Shown here: positions 9,666-19,354 of the stretch, piece after piece
Position numbering within the stretch: the stretch's first letter is position 1
Layout: every line of letters begins with the position of its first letter
From: Calditrichia bacterium
GTDB taxonomy: Bacteria; Calditrichota; Calditrichia; RBG-13-44-9; J075
Direction of reading: 5' to 3'
Assembly (NCBI GenBank): GCA_050633245.1
Contig: JBOEGD010000011.1
Coordinates: forward strand, 128,001 to 192,000
Length of the DNA stretch: 64,000 nucleotides
Translations under genes and position numbers: made by a program
Notes under the pieces: generated by a model
Databases searched by the model: none
Told to the model about the DNA's origin: nothing
What the model saw: the letters and a program-made list of their open reading frames with translations, nothing else

Positions 9666-10781
9666 CTACTTGATCTGGTCGTAATAGGCTTGTTCTGTTA
9701 CCTCAGACCATCCGGAAACCTGCTTTTTAAAAGCGTTGAACGATTCATAAACTTTTTTGCTCATCGGGTCAGCTTCTGTCACCTCGGCAATAACGTTTTC
9801 CGCATGCTTACGTAATTCTCGAATGACATCTACAGGAAACGGCTGAATCTTTACGTTGCTTTCCTCGCGTATCTTTTTGAGATAGATACTGTTTTTTGCA
9901 TCGAACTCGGCAAGCATCCAAATGTTTGAACGTGCGGCTGCGGTTTTTAAAATTTCCTGCAAGTCTTCGGATAGCCCGTTAAAAGCTCCCTTGTTAAAGA
10001 ATATCTCTAAAATTGTTCCCGGCTCATGCCAGCCCGGATAATAGTAGTGACTCGCTATACGATGAAAACCCATGGTATAATCGTGATAAGGGCCTATCCA
10101 TTCGGTGGCATCAATTACTTTACGTTCAAGACTGGTGAAAATTTCACCTCCGGCAATAACAACTGCTGAGCCACCGGCTTTTTCAATGACTTTGCCACCG
10201 AGTCCGGGCATTCGCATCTTTAGGCCTTTGAAATCCTCGATAGAATTAATTTCCCGATTAAACCAGCCTCCCATTTGAACGCCGGTATTGCCTGCAGGCA
10301 TTGGCAGTAGATTAAACTTCTCATAGACTTCCTCCCAAAGCTTTTGCCCGCCGCCGGAATAGATCCATGCATTCATTTGCTGGGCATTCATACCAAAAGG
10401 AACAGCTGCAAAAAACTGACTTGCCGGCATCTTTCCAGCCCAATAATAGGATGCACCATGGCCGATTTGCGCAATACCCTGTTGAACTGCTTCAAAGCTT
10501 TCCAGTGGAGGAACCAATTCACCACCGCCATAGACCTTTATTTTGAGACGTCCGGCAGACATCTTTTCGACCCAGCGAGCAAACATCTCGGCGCCTTCGC
10601 CAAGCACAGGAAACCCCGGAGGCCAGGTCGTGACCATTTTCCATTCAACCGTCTTGTTTAGATTAATTGCAGGCGCTCCGGCAGACGTCTCTGAGGACGT
10701 GCAGGAAGTTATGAGGGCGCTACTGCTAAGTGTCGCAATAGATGCTTTTTTAACAAAATCTCGACGGCTCATTTTTTTCAT
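9666..10781 (-). CDS. TRAP transporter substrate-binding protein (DctP/TakP-like), Tat signal
   Basis: 'SRRDFVK' Tat motif, 'WKMVTTWP', 'GNTGVQMGGWF', 'GLKMRMPGLGG', 'YYYPGWHEPG'. Confidence 0.9.
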   Translation of the reverse strand: MKKMSRRDFVKKASIATLSSSALITSCTSSETSAGAPAINLNKTVEWKMVTTWPPGFPVLGEGAEMFARWVEKMSAGRLKIKVYGGGELVPPLESFEAVQQGIAQIGHGASYYWAGKMPASQFFAAVPFGMNAQQMNAWIYSGGGQKLWEEVYEKFNLLPMPAGNTGVQMGGWFNREINSIEDFKGLKMRMPGLGGKVIEKAGGSAVVIAGGEIFTSLERKVIDATEWIGPYHDYTMGFHRIASHYYYPGWHEPGTILEIFFNKGAFNGLSEDLQEILKTAAARSNIWMLAEFDAKNSIYLKKIREESNVKIQPFPVDVIRELRKHAENVIAEVTEADPMSKKVYESFNAFKKQVSGWSEVTEQAYYDQIK

Positions 10782-10934
10782 GCTTGATCTCCGGATGTGC
10801 TTTTGTCTTCAGAATTCAGATTAAATGCAGGTTGTCAGGCGTCATATTTAAGTTTAGCGGAAGGATGGCAATCCCGCAAGAGTTCAGAGATAAAAAGTGC
10901 TTGCAGCTGTGCCGCCAATTGCTTTTGTTTGCTC

Positions 10935-12044
10935 ATGGCTACGGACTATCTCAAAAACTTTCATGTTGTCAGCTTTCAGAAGAATCTGCTGAGTTGGTAT
11001 GATAGACATAAGCGCGATTTGCCATGGCGCCATTCGCGAGATCCTTACGCGATATGGCTTTCAGAAGTTATGCTACAGCAGACTCAGGTGAAAACCGTAA
11101 TTCCTTACTATAACAATTGGCTTCAGAAATTCCCTGGCATGAAGCAATTGGCGGATGCCGATTTAAATAGCGTGTTAAAGTCGTGGGAAGGTTTGGGATA
11201 TTATTCCAGAGCGCGACAGTTTCACAAGGCAATATGCCATGTGCATCATGAATTGCAGAGCGAAGTTCCGGATGACTATGATGTATTCCTCGAGCTTCCG
11301 GGGGTAGGAGAGTATACGGCAGCAGCTGTTCAAAGTATTGCCTTTGGAGGTGCCTATGCCGTTGTTGATGGCAATGTAAAGCGGGTTTTAGCACGTTTGT
11401 TCGAGATTGACCTGCCGGTTAACGTGGCGAATGCAAAAAAAACATTTCAGCAGATCGCAACAGAACTGCTGCACACACAGCGCAGTGGTGATTACAATCA
11501 GGCGTTGATGGAGCTCGGTGCCACAATTTGTAAACCAAGATCGCCGTTATGTAAAGAATGCCCTGTCGCCGATTTATGCGCGGTGCAACTCAATTCGAAC
11601 CAGCATGAGTATCCAAAGCGTAAAAAACGCAAACCTGTTCCCGTTTATCGTATGGCAACCGGAGTGGTTTATCGCAATGACCGCGTGTTAATCACCAGGC
11701 GTCCGGAGGATGGCTTGCTTGGTGGCCTCTGGGAGTTCCCGGGACGTAATGTTGAGGCCGCTGAAACGTCGAGTGCAGACTGTAAAGTGGCAATAAAAGA
11801 TGCTGTGAATCTGGAGGTTGAGGTAGGGGAGAGGATCGCGTCTGTTAAACATGCGTATTCGCATTTCAAAGTTGAAATGGATGTTTATAATTGCACATAT
11901 ATTGCTGGGGCAGTTGAGTTAAGTAAAGCTGTGGATTTCAAGTGGGTCTCAAAGGAGGAGCTGGCTGAATATCCATTCCCCGGAGTGAACAACAAATTTC
12001 TTCCACTAGTGATTGGCTCTTCCGGGAAAAAAGAAGAGCTGTAG
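10935..12044 (+). CDS. mutY: A/G-specific adenine glycosylase
   Basis: 'LPWR', 'WLSEVMLQQTQV', 'WEGLGYYSRA', HhH 'LPGVGEYTA', 'VDGNVKRV', 4Fe-4S Cys motif, C-terminal NUDIX-like domain; ATG 10935 likely start. Confidence 0.95.
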   Translation: MATDYLKNFHVVSFQKNLLSWYDRHKRDLPWRHSRDPYAIWLSEVMLQQTQVKTVIPYYNNWLQKFPGMKQLADADLNSVLKSWEGLGYYSRARQFHKAICHVHHELQSEVPDDYDVFLELPGVGEYTAAAVQSIAFGGAYAVVDGNVKRVLARLFEIDLPVNVANAKKTFQQIATELLHTQRSGDYNQALMELGATICKPRSPLCKECPVADLCAVQLNSNQHEYPKRKKRKPVPVYRMATGVVYRNDRVLITRRPEDGLLGGLWEFPGRNVEAAETSSADCKVAIKDAVNLEVEVGERIASVKHAYSHFKVEMDVYNCTYIAGAVELSKAVDFKWVSKEELAEYPFPGVNNKFLPLVIGSSGKKEEL

Positions 12045-12087
12045 TCAGTGCTGCCTGTAGTTTGTTTTCAAGCAGCAGATACCGGGA

Positions 12088-13134
12088 CTAGCTTAACAAT
12101 TCGCTAACGGAGCGCTTCATGTTAATGTTGAAAATGACTGAGGCGAATAGCTTGGCGACACTTACTTCGGTATACCACGGCGTTTGGTCAACAAACTCTT
12201 GACCATGAAAAACAGCATCTGTTCCTAAAACCATATCGAGCATTCCATCCTGATAGGCTCTGTCTAAACGATCTCTCGCATTTGCAGTAAAGAAAGGTAA
12301 GCTGGCCAACATCATGATCTTTTTGGCGCCTTTGTCTTTTAGCAGCTTTAATGCATTTACCAATGTGCCTCCCGTGGCAACCATGTCATCTACCAGCAGC
12401 ACTTCCTTATCTTCGACATTGCCAACCAGCCTCATGCTTTCAATGGTGCTGACATTGGAATAATCTCGTGCCTTATCGACAATCGCCAAATCGATCCCTA
12501 AAACCTTTGAGTAAAAGCGAGCTCGTTCGGCACTTCCGACGTCCGGACTTGTCACAATCATATTTGCCGGATCGATACGCATAATGTCTTGCAAATAATC
12601 GATAAAGACGCGCGACGCATGTAAATCTTCCAATTTGGCTTGAGCAAAAAATCCCTGAATGGCTTCGGAGTGAATATCGAGGGTAATTACTCGTTTTGCT
12701 CCAGCCATTTCCAGCATGTTTGCAACCAATTTCGCCGTTATTGCCTCGCGCGTTTTGCGGCGTTCCTGACGCGAGTAAGGATATTGTGGTAGCACCACCG
12801 TGATATGATCGGCGTCGGACTGATAGCAGGCATGGATTGCGGTAATTATAGACATGAGGTTATCGTTAACGGTGCGGTCGGTGAGCGGGTCATCGATACA
12901 CTGAACAATATAAATGTCGTCGCCTCGAATATTTTCATCTACAACTATTTTTACCTCGCCATTGGGAAAGTGCACATCCGAGGTGAACTTTAGCCTGTGT
13001 GTAAGAGCCAGGTCTTCTTTCCTTGAAATACGATTTAGCTCTTCTACAATTCTTCCGGCAAAGCCACGGCCGGAATCACAGGCCATTACGGAAAGATTAC
13101 CACGGTTGTTTTGTAACGAATTTGCGTCACTCAT
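12088..13134 (-). CDS. prs: Ribose-phosphate pyrophosphokinase
   Basis: 'FPNGE', 'PYSRQER', 'TLDIH', 'SPDVG', PRPP-binding 'VDDMVATGGTL'. Confidence 0.9.
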   Translation of the reverse strand: MSDANSLQNNRGNLSVMACDSGRGFAGRIVEELNRISRKEDLALTHRLKFTSDVHFPNGEVKIVVDENIRGDDIYIVQCIDDPLTDRTVNDNLMSIITAIHACYQSDADHITVVLPQYPYSRQERRKTREAITAKLVANMLEMAGAKRVITLDIHSEAIQGFFAQAKLEDLHASRVFIDYLQDIMRIDPANMIVTSPDVGSAERARFYSKVLGIDLAIVDKARDYSNVSTIESMRLVGNVEDKEVLLVDDMVATGGTLVNALKLLKDKGAKKIMMLASLPFFTANARDRLDRAYQDGMLDMVLGTDAVFHGQEFVDQTPWYTEVSVAKLFASVIFNINMKRSVSELLS

Positions 13135-13927
13135 GATTTTCCCTTGGAAAGTGTTTTGATAATATATTGGTTAGCTGATTATGAGGTTCTTTTGAGGTTG
13201 CGATAACGCACCCGTTTTTTAGCGAGTTGTTTTTCCCGTGAAAATCGGTGACGGTTGCACCAGCTTCCGAAGCGATCAGCATGCCGGCGGCAATATCCCA
13301 GGGGTGAAGGCCGAGTTCCCAATAGCCGTCCATTCGTCCACAGGCGACGTAGCACAAGTCGAGTGCAGCTGAGCCCAGCCGGCGTACGCCGGCACATTCA
13401 TCGAAAATGGTTTGAAAGGCGGCCATATACGCACTCAGAACATCTTTGCGTTGGTGAGGGAAGCCTGTCGCCATCAGCGCACGATCTAACCCTACATGGC
13501 TACATTTAATTGGCTCGCCATTGAGCATGGCTCCATTGCCAGCTGCTGCGGTGAATAGCTCATTTTGTTCCGGGTTATAAACAACGCCGACAAAAGGCTT
13601 TCCTTCAAAATACACACCAATTGAAACACAGTAGAATGGGATTCGCTGTATAAAATTCCGGGTTCCGTCCAGTGGATCAATAAACCATTCAAACGAACTG
13701 CCCGTTTGTTCGCCGCTGCCTTCTTCGGCCATGATGCTGTGATCCGGGAAGTGTTTTAGAATCTGTTTCAGAATGATTTGTTCGGAAGTGCGATCGACGT
13801 GGGTTACAAAATCGTTGCGTGTTTTTTCATCCGGTTGGAGGCGACTGTTGCGCTGGCTCAGTAAGTACGCACCGGCCTCATTCGCTATGGAAGTAGCAAC
13901 TTCCAGAATTTTTTGTCTTTGCGACAT
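13127..13927 (-). CDS. suhB: Inositol monophosphatase family protein
   Basis: 'DFVTHVD', 'WFIDPLDGTRNF', 'RRLGSAALDLCYVACG', 'WDIAAG'. Confidence 0.88.
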   Translation of the reverse strand: MSQRQKILEVATSIANEAGAYLLSQRNSRLQPDEKTRNDFVTHVDRTSEQIILKQILKHFPDHSIMAEEGSGEQTGSSFEWFIDPLDGTRNFIQRIPFYCVSIGVYFEGKPFVGVVYNPEQNELFTAAAGNGAMLNGEPIKCSHVGLDRALMATGFPHQRKDVLSAYMAAFQTIFDECAGVRRLGSAALDLCYVACGRMDGYWELGLHPWDIAAGMLIASEAGATVTDFHGKNNSLKNGCVIATSKEPHNQLTNILSKHFPRENHE

Positions 13928-14236
13928 CTTTTTTGCCCGCTGGCCGATACGGTAAATTCTAGCTACGACTTGCTGTCGTAATTGCTGGAAGGTATAAAAA
14001 AAATATATAATCCACCAAGAAAAAATGAAGTTTCAAAAGCAGGCATATTTCCGCAATGTTACTGTAAGCGAGATTGTAGCGGTAGTTGTGATTTTTAGCT
14101 TGTTGCACTGGAAAAAATGTTCATATATTTTCACTTATATCCGAAAATATATTCAGTCGAAATTTGACACACCAAAACGCTCGGCTGCTGTAAATACGCG
14201 AAACTCAATCTACAAAACCTCCACGGGAACTCTCAT

Positions 14237-15967
14237 ATGAATAATGACATACGCAATAAAGCTGAAGTATGGCTTGGAAGTGCTTACGACTCTGAAACAA
14301 GTGACCAGGTGCAGAACCTAATTGATAATGATCCAAAAGAGCTGGCAGATGCATTTTATAAAGATCTTGAGTTTGGTACCGGTGGTCTTCGTGGAGTTAT
14401 GGGAGTTGGCACCAACCGAATGAATAAATACACGGTTGGAATTGCTACGCAGGGATTAGCAAACTATCTGCGCCGCGCCTGCGCCGACCTGGATGAGATT
14501 AAAGTTGCCATTGCCTATGATAGCCGCAACAACAGTAGCTATTTTGCCGAAGTTACAGCCAACGTGCTGTCTGCCAATGGTATTAGCGTTTATTTGTTTG
14601 AGAAACTTCGTCCGCTGCCGGAATTGTCCTTTACAATTCGACATTTGGGTTGTCAGTCTGGTGTTGTGGTTACCGCATCGCATAACCCGAAAGAATACAA
14701 TGGGTATAAGGTTTTCTGGGAAGACGGCGCGCAGATCGTTCCGCCGCATGATAGGAACATCATTGGCGAAGCTGGCAGTATTGAAAAAATTGAGGACGTG
14801 AAGTTTGACGGCAATCCAGCGCTGATTCACTCAATCGGTGAAGAAATTGACGCAGCTTATCTGGCTGAACTAAAGAAACTCACATTATCTCCCGAGTCTA
14901 TCGAAAACCATAAGAACCTAAAGATTCTCTATACGCCACTGCATGGTTCCGGAATCATGCTGGTGCCTCAGGCGCTAAAGGCATACGGATTTGAAACGCT
15001 TCTGCGCATACCGGAACAGGAAAAGCCAGATGGCAACTTCCCAACGGTATCCTACCCTAACCCGGAAGAACCCTCAGTATTTAAGATGGCGCTGGAAGTT
15101 GCAAAGAAGGAAGATGTTGACCTTATTATGGCTACCGACCCCGATGCAGACCGAACGGCAGTCGTCGCAAAAAATACATCGGGCGAATACACTATTTTAT
15201 CAGGCAATCAAACTGCGGCAATTCTCAGTTATTATTTGCTTACCAAGTGGCAGGAAAAGGGGCGTCTTAAAGGCAAAGAGTTTATCGTTAAGACTATCGT
15301 GACAACCGAACTGCTTCCTGAAATAGCCAAGGCGTTTAATGTAGAATGTTACGATGTACTTACCGGTTTTAAATGGATTGCCGATGTCATTCGTCGCAAT
15401 GAGGGAAAGAAAACCTTTATTGCCGGGGGTGAAGAAAGTATCGGATTCTTAATCGGTGACTTCCGACGAGATAAAGACGGTGTGTCTACATGTGCGATGG
15501 TTGCCGAAGTTGCTGCCTGGGCTGCGGATCAGGGCAAGACGTTATATGAACTGATGATCGAAATATACTCCCAGTATGGTCACTATAAAGATCGGTTGAT
15601 CTCCCTGGTTAAAAAGGGTGCAGACGGCGCAAGCGAGATTAAACAGATGATGGCAGATTATCGCAGCCAGCCGATGAGCGAGATAAACGGAAGTAAGGTG
15701 ATTGCTCTTAAAGACTATCAGTCCGGAATAACAAAAAATCTGGTTACCGGTGAAGAGCAGGTTCTTGACTTGCCGAAGTCTAATGTGCTACAATTCTTTC
15801 TTGAGGATGGCAGTAAGGTCAGTGTGCGCCCGTCCGGTACTGAGCCGAAAATCAAATACTATTTTGAAGTTCGAGGGCAGTTCAACAACGTTGCGGATTT
15901 TGATAAAGCTGAGGCCGCTCTTGTTGCAAAACTTGATGATCTTGTAGCATCTTTAGGGCTTTCCTGA
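14237..15967 (+). CDS. pgm: Phosphoglucomutase/phosphomannomutase
   Basis: 'FGTGGLRG', phosphoserine loop 'TASHNP', metal loop 'DPDADR', 'GEES', 'RPSGTEPKIK'. Confidence 0.92.
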   Translation: MNNDIRNKAEVWLGSAYDSETSDQVQNLIDNDPKELADAFYKDLEFGTGGLRGVMGVGTNRMNKYTVGIATQGLANYLRRACADLDEIKVAIAYDSRNNSSYFAEVTANVLSANGISVYLFEKLRPLPELSFTIRHLGCQSGVVVTASHNPKEYNGYKVFWEDGAQIVPPHDRNIIGEAGSIEKIEDVKFDGNPALIHSIGEEIDAAYLAELKKLTLSPESIENHKNLKILYTPLHGSGIMLVPQALKAYGFETLLRIPEQEKPDGNFPTVSYPNPEEPSVFKMALEVAKKEDVDLIMATDPDADRTAVVAKNTSGEYTILSGNQTAAILSYYLLTKWQEKGRLKGKEFIVKTIVTTELLPEIAKAFNVECYDVLTGFKWIADVIRRNEGKKTFIAGGEESIGFLIGDFRRDKDGVSTCAMVAEVAAWAADQGKTLYELMIEIYSQYGHYKDRLISLVKKGADGASEIKQMMADYRSQPMSEINGSKVIALKDYQSGITKNLVTGEEQVLDLPKSNVLQFFLEDGSKVSVRPSGTEPKIKYYFEVRGQFNNVADFDKAEAALVAKLDDLVASLGLS

Positions 15968-15983
15968 TCCTAATGTTTTATGT

Positions 15984-16017
15984 CTCCAGCGCTCTGAAAT
16001 AGTATCGAGCGCTGGAG
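15984..16017 (+). terminator. Stem-loop downstream of pgm, probable terminator
   Basis: CTCCAGCGCTC-N12-GAGCGCTGGAG perfect 11-bp arms; U-tract not immediately adjacent. Confidence 0.6.
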
Positions 16018-16234
16018 CTTGTAAAAAGCGCCCTTTTTTGTATTCTGTCTAACAATTATGCCTTTGCCTTCCCCTTATCTTCAATAGTTCTCACTTATCT
16101 ACATAAAAACGCAGTCTCCGGCATATTTTTGTTTGCTTATATTGTCATGTAATGCTATTCTTTTAAACTAGCGACCTTAATTTCCACATTCCGCTCTCGC
16201 ACTTAAACAAATCTTCGTTATTTGGAGACTTTTT

Positions 16235-19060
16235 ATGCGTTTATTAAGAGGCGTCATCCCCCTCTTGACTACTGCTTTTGCATCCGGGCTGTATGCTCAA
16301 CCCGCCGAAATTTCTGTGCGAATGGACTTGGCCCTTCAAGATGCTGCCCAAGCCAATTCTACAATTAAAGCCTATGTCATGTTAAATGATCAGGTGGATG
16401 TTACCAGCCTCGATCAACAACTTTACACAGAGAAGGCCTCTCTTAAGGATCGCGTTTATATTGTGCTTACTGCGCTGCGTGAAAAAGCAGATGAGACGCA
16501 ATATCGTTTATTAAATCGACTCGCCGACTTACCTGCCGATCAGGTTCCGAACGTGACCTCGCTGTGGATTGTGAATATGCTATTAATCGAGGCGAAGGCC
16601 GAGGTGTACTATGAGCTAATGAAACACGGTGATGTTGCAATTATGGATGTCGTTCCGGAACCGAATTGGGATAGGCCAGTGGCAGAAGGACCGGCATCTG
16701 CAAGTATTCCCGGTGGAGTAGAACCTGGAATTGAGGCCATTAATGCTCGAAAAATGTGGGAACAGGGATATGATGGCACCGGACGCCTAGTTATGGGAAT
16801 CGATTCTGGTGTGAATGGAAATCACCCTGCCGTTGCCGGGAAGTGGCGTGGCAATAGCGTTCCAGCCTCAGAAGCCTGGCTGGGATCGGGATCCTTCCCG
16901 AATGACTGCGATGGCGGATCGCATGGAACCCATACGATTGGAACCATGACCGGATTCGATCCGGTAACTGCCGACACGATAGGCGTTGCCCCTGGTGCTG
17001 AGTGGATCGCCTCGGGAGCGCTTTGCGGAAATGTGACACGAATTCAAGCCTTTCAATGGGCTTTGGATCCAGACAACAATCCTGCTACAACATCCGACAT
17101 GCCCGATGCAATCGGTTGTTCCTGGTGGGATCCCAATGGTGGCGTTTGTGCCAGCAATATCTACATCAATGTTTTGAATACTCTGGAAGCAGCAGGAATT
17201 GCGGTGATTTTTTCTGCCGGAAATTCCGGCCCGGGAACTTCAACGATTACTCGCCCAAAGAATACGAATACGACGCTGGTGAACTTTTGGGCCACCGGAG
17301 CTTTGAATGGTAACGATCCAAACTTAACGATAGCAAATTTTAGCAGCCGCGGCCCATCCACCTGCGGATCTACCGGCTCATTACTTATTAAACCGGAGGC
17401 CAGTGCGCCCGGTGTGGCTGTTCGTTCGGCAACCGGCACATCCGGTTATGGCACAAAGAACGGGACCTCAATGGCAGCTCCTCATGTGGTTGGTGCAATT
17501 GCGCTTTTACGGCAGGCTTTTCCTAATAAAACGGGATACGAGCTAAAATTGGCGCTGTATAATACCGCTCGTGATCTTGGTGTGCCGGGCGAAGACAATG
17601 ATTATGGCATGGGAATTATTGACGTTTGGGCGGCCTTTCTTAGTATGGCCGGTCCGCTGGCAGCAGAGAACTTTACTGCCTATTCAGATTATTTGAATCC
17701 AACAGAAATTCAGCTGTCATGGATAGATCCGGAACTTGCCGCTAGTGGAGACTCTTTGGTTTCCGGAGCTTATACGATGTTGCTTTACCGCGATGGCGAG
17801 CTGCTGGATTCTGTGGCATCTGATGTTGAAACGTTTCTTGATACTGGCTTAACAAGCGGCACCAGCTATCGTTATAGTTTAAGGGCTGTGGTAGACAGCT
17901 TGGGTGTACTCGGTGATATTGCCACGACGCAGTGGACAGCCGGAGGTGCACGCCAGCCATCGATGGCGGTGGATTTTGAGGTTGCCGGACATCCAGGGTT
18001 TGTAGAAATGACCTGGAAAAACCCCTCAACTAATATCGATGGAACGCCGCTTGTTGACTTTGCCGGGATCAATATTTACAGAGATGGTGAGCTGTATGGC
18101 AGCCTGGCACGATCAACATCAGATACCTCTGCCAGTGAATACACGAATTTCACTCCAACTGAGTCGGGTTACTATACCTATCATATTTCGGCATTCGATG
18201 ATGAAACTCCAACTAATGAGAGTCCACCGTCACCCGTTTTAACAACGCCCCGAGTTGCTCCTTTGGGTGATCAGTTGAGTCTGGCTGGTATTCCAAACCC
18301 TGCGCTTTGGAGAAGTTTTAATGTAGAAATAAATGATCGTGCGGTAGGGCCCGGTGGCTCAGCGACTTATGCTGTAAATTTGAACGGAACGCCATTTGGG
18401 ACAGATACACTTGAATTGCGGCCCACGGATACTCGATTTTTGGATAACCAAAACGCATCAATTTCATTTCGCTATCAGCCACAGGGGTCTGGTAATGCTC
18501 CCGAACAGGATGACAGTCTCAGAGTCTATTTTAAAAATGATTTAGGCGAGTGGTATATGGTCAGCGGATATGCAGGATCAACCGTTGTTCCGTTTGTGCA
18601 GGAAATCATCTCTTTAGATTCTGTTGATACCGGTGCCGGCTCAATTTTTCACGAGAATTTTCAAGTGCGCTTTGTTAGTCGAGGTGGCGCGGGTAATTTC
18701 CCAAATGATAACTGGTTTCTTAACACCTTTTATATTAGTGGACCACCAACGGGTATTGATAATCCTGACGAGGCTGCTCCATTGCGGTTTATGGTGAGCG
18801 CAAACTACCCCAATCCGTTTAACCCTTCTACCACAATCGATTTCCAATTACCGCAGCGTTCAGATGTGGAGCTTACCATTTTTAATACGCTTGGTCAAAA
18901 AATACGTTCGTTGGTAACTGGATCGGTAGCCGCTGGAACGCATTCCGTCATTTGGAATGGTCAAGATGAATCAGGGCAGGGGGTAGCGAGTGGAATCTAT
19001 ATTTATCGCTTTACAAGTGGTGACTATCAGAGGATTAATAAAATGATACTCATGAAATAG
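16235..19060 (+). CDS. Secreted S8 (subtilisin-like, bacillopeptidase F-type) peptidase with FN3-like repeats, a jelly-roll domain and FlgD-Ig/T9SS-like CTD
   Basis: Signal peptide; triad 'GIDSG', 'SHGTHTIG', 'GTSMAAPH'; oxyanion 'SAGNSG'; C-terminal 'NYPNPFNPSTTI...WNG...SGIYIY...KMILMK'. Confidence 0.92.
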   Translation: MRLLRGVIPLLTTAFASGLYAQPAEISVRMDLALQDAAQANSTIKAYVMLNDQVDVTSLDQQLYTEKASLKDRVYIVLTALREKADETQYRLLNRLADLPADQVPNVTSLWIVNMLLIEAKAEVYYELMKHGDVAIMDVVPEPNWDRPVAEGPASASIPGGVEPGIEAINARKMWEQGYDGTGRLVMGIDSGVNGNHPAVAGKWRGNSVPASEAWLGSGSFPNDCDGGSHGTHTIGTMTGFDPVTADTIGVAPGAEWIASGALCGNVTRIQAFQWALDPDNNPATTSDMPDAIGCSWWDPNGGVCASNIYINVLNTLEAAGIAVIFSAGNSGPGTSTITRPKNTNTTLVNFWATGALNGNDPNLTIANFSSRGPSTCGSTGSLLIKPEASAPGVAVRSATGTSGYGTKNGTSMAAPHVVGAIALLRQAFPNKTGYELKLALYNTARDLGVPGEDNDYGMGIIDVWAAFLSMAGPLAAENFTAYSDYLNPTEIQLSWIDPELAASGDSLVSGAYTMLLYRDGELLDSVASDVETFLDTGLTSGTSYRYSLRAVVDSLGVLGDIATTQWTAGGARQPSMAVDFEVAGHPGFVEMTWKNPSTNIDGTPLVDFAGINIYRDGELYGSLARSTSDTSASEYTNFTPTESGYYTYHISAFDDETPTNESPPSPVLTTPRVAPLGDQLSLAGIPNPALWRSFNVEINDRAVGPGGSATYAVNLNGTPFGTDTLELRPTDTRFLDNQNASISFRYQPQGSGNAPEQDDSLRVYFKNDLGEWYMVSGYAGSTVVPFVQEIISLDSVDTGAGSIFHENFQVRFVSRGGAGNFPNDNWFLNTFYISGPPTGIDNPDEAAPLRFMVSANYPNPFNPSTTIDFQLPQRSDVELTIFNTLGQKIRSLVTGSVAAGTHSVIWNGQDESGQGVASGIYIYRFTSGDYQRINKMILMK

Positions 19061-19354
19061 CAAGCATTGATGGCTGATGATTGATGATGTATGAATAAAG
19101 GGACGTTGCAATCATCACTCATCAATCAATATTCATAAATTTAATTCTGGTTTGTGAAAAGTGTGACAAACAACCGGAAGCTTTTACGGCAGCGCATATA
19201 ATTAAATCAGGATCGGACGGAACGAATATCAGGGACGATGAATGCTTTCTCCGAATTTTTACTGCACGCCGAAGGCTTCCCTTAAACGTTATCATCGAAC
19301 CGCAACTGTAGAACTTTAATGTTTTTGATTAAGCATATAAACGAAGGGATGCTC

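Noticed and set aside
10902-10917. Possible sigma54 site upstream of the TRAP SBP (minus strand TGGCGGCACAGCTGCA)
   Set aside because: GG-N10-GC spacing is right but it lacks TGGCA and TTGC; chance match likely
11680-12044. MutT-like domain fused to MutY
   Set aside because: Normal MutY C-terminal domain; the Nudix box is degenerate
14025-14240. 71-aa ORF in the suhB/pgm spacer
   Set aside because: No clear SD or family motif; lies in an AT-rich promoter region
19204-19228. TCAGGATCGGACGGAACGA resembles the SRP RNA domain IV motif
   Set aside because: The stem around the would-be tetraloop does not pair, AGCAG is absent, and the motif is not at the hairpin apex
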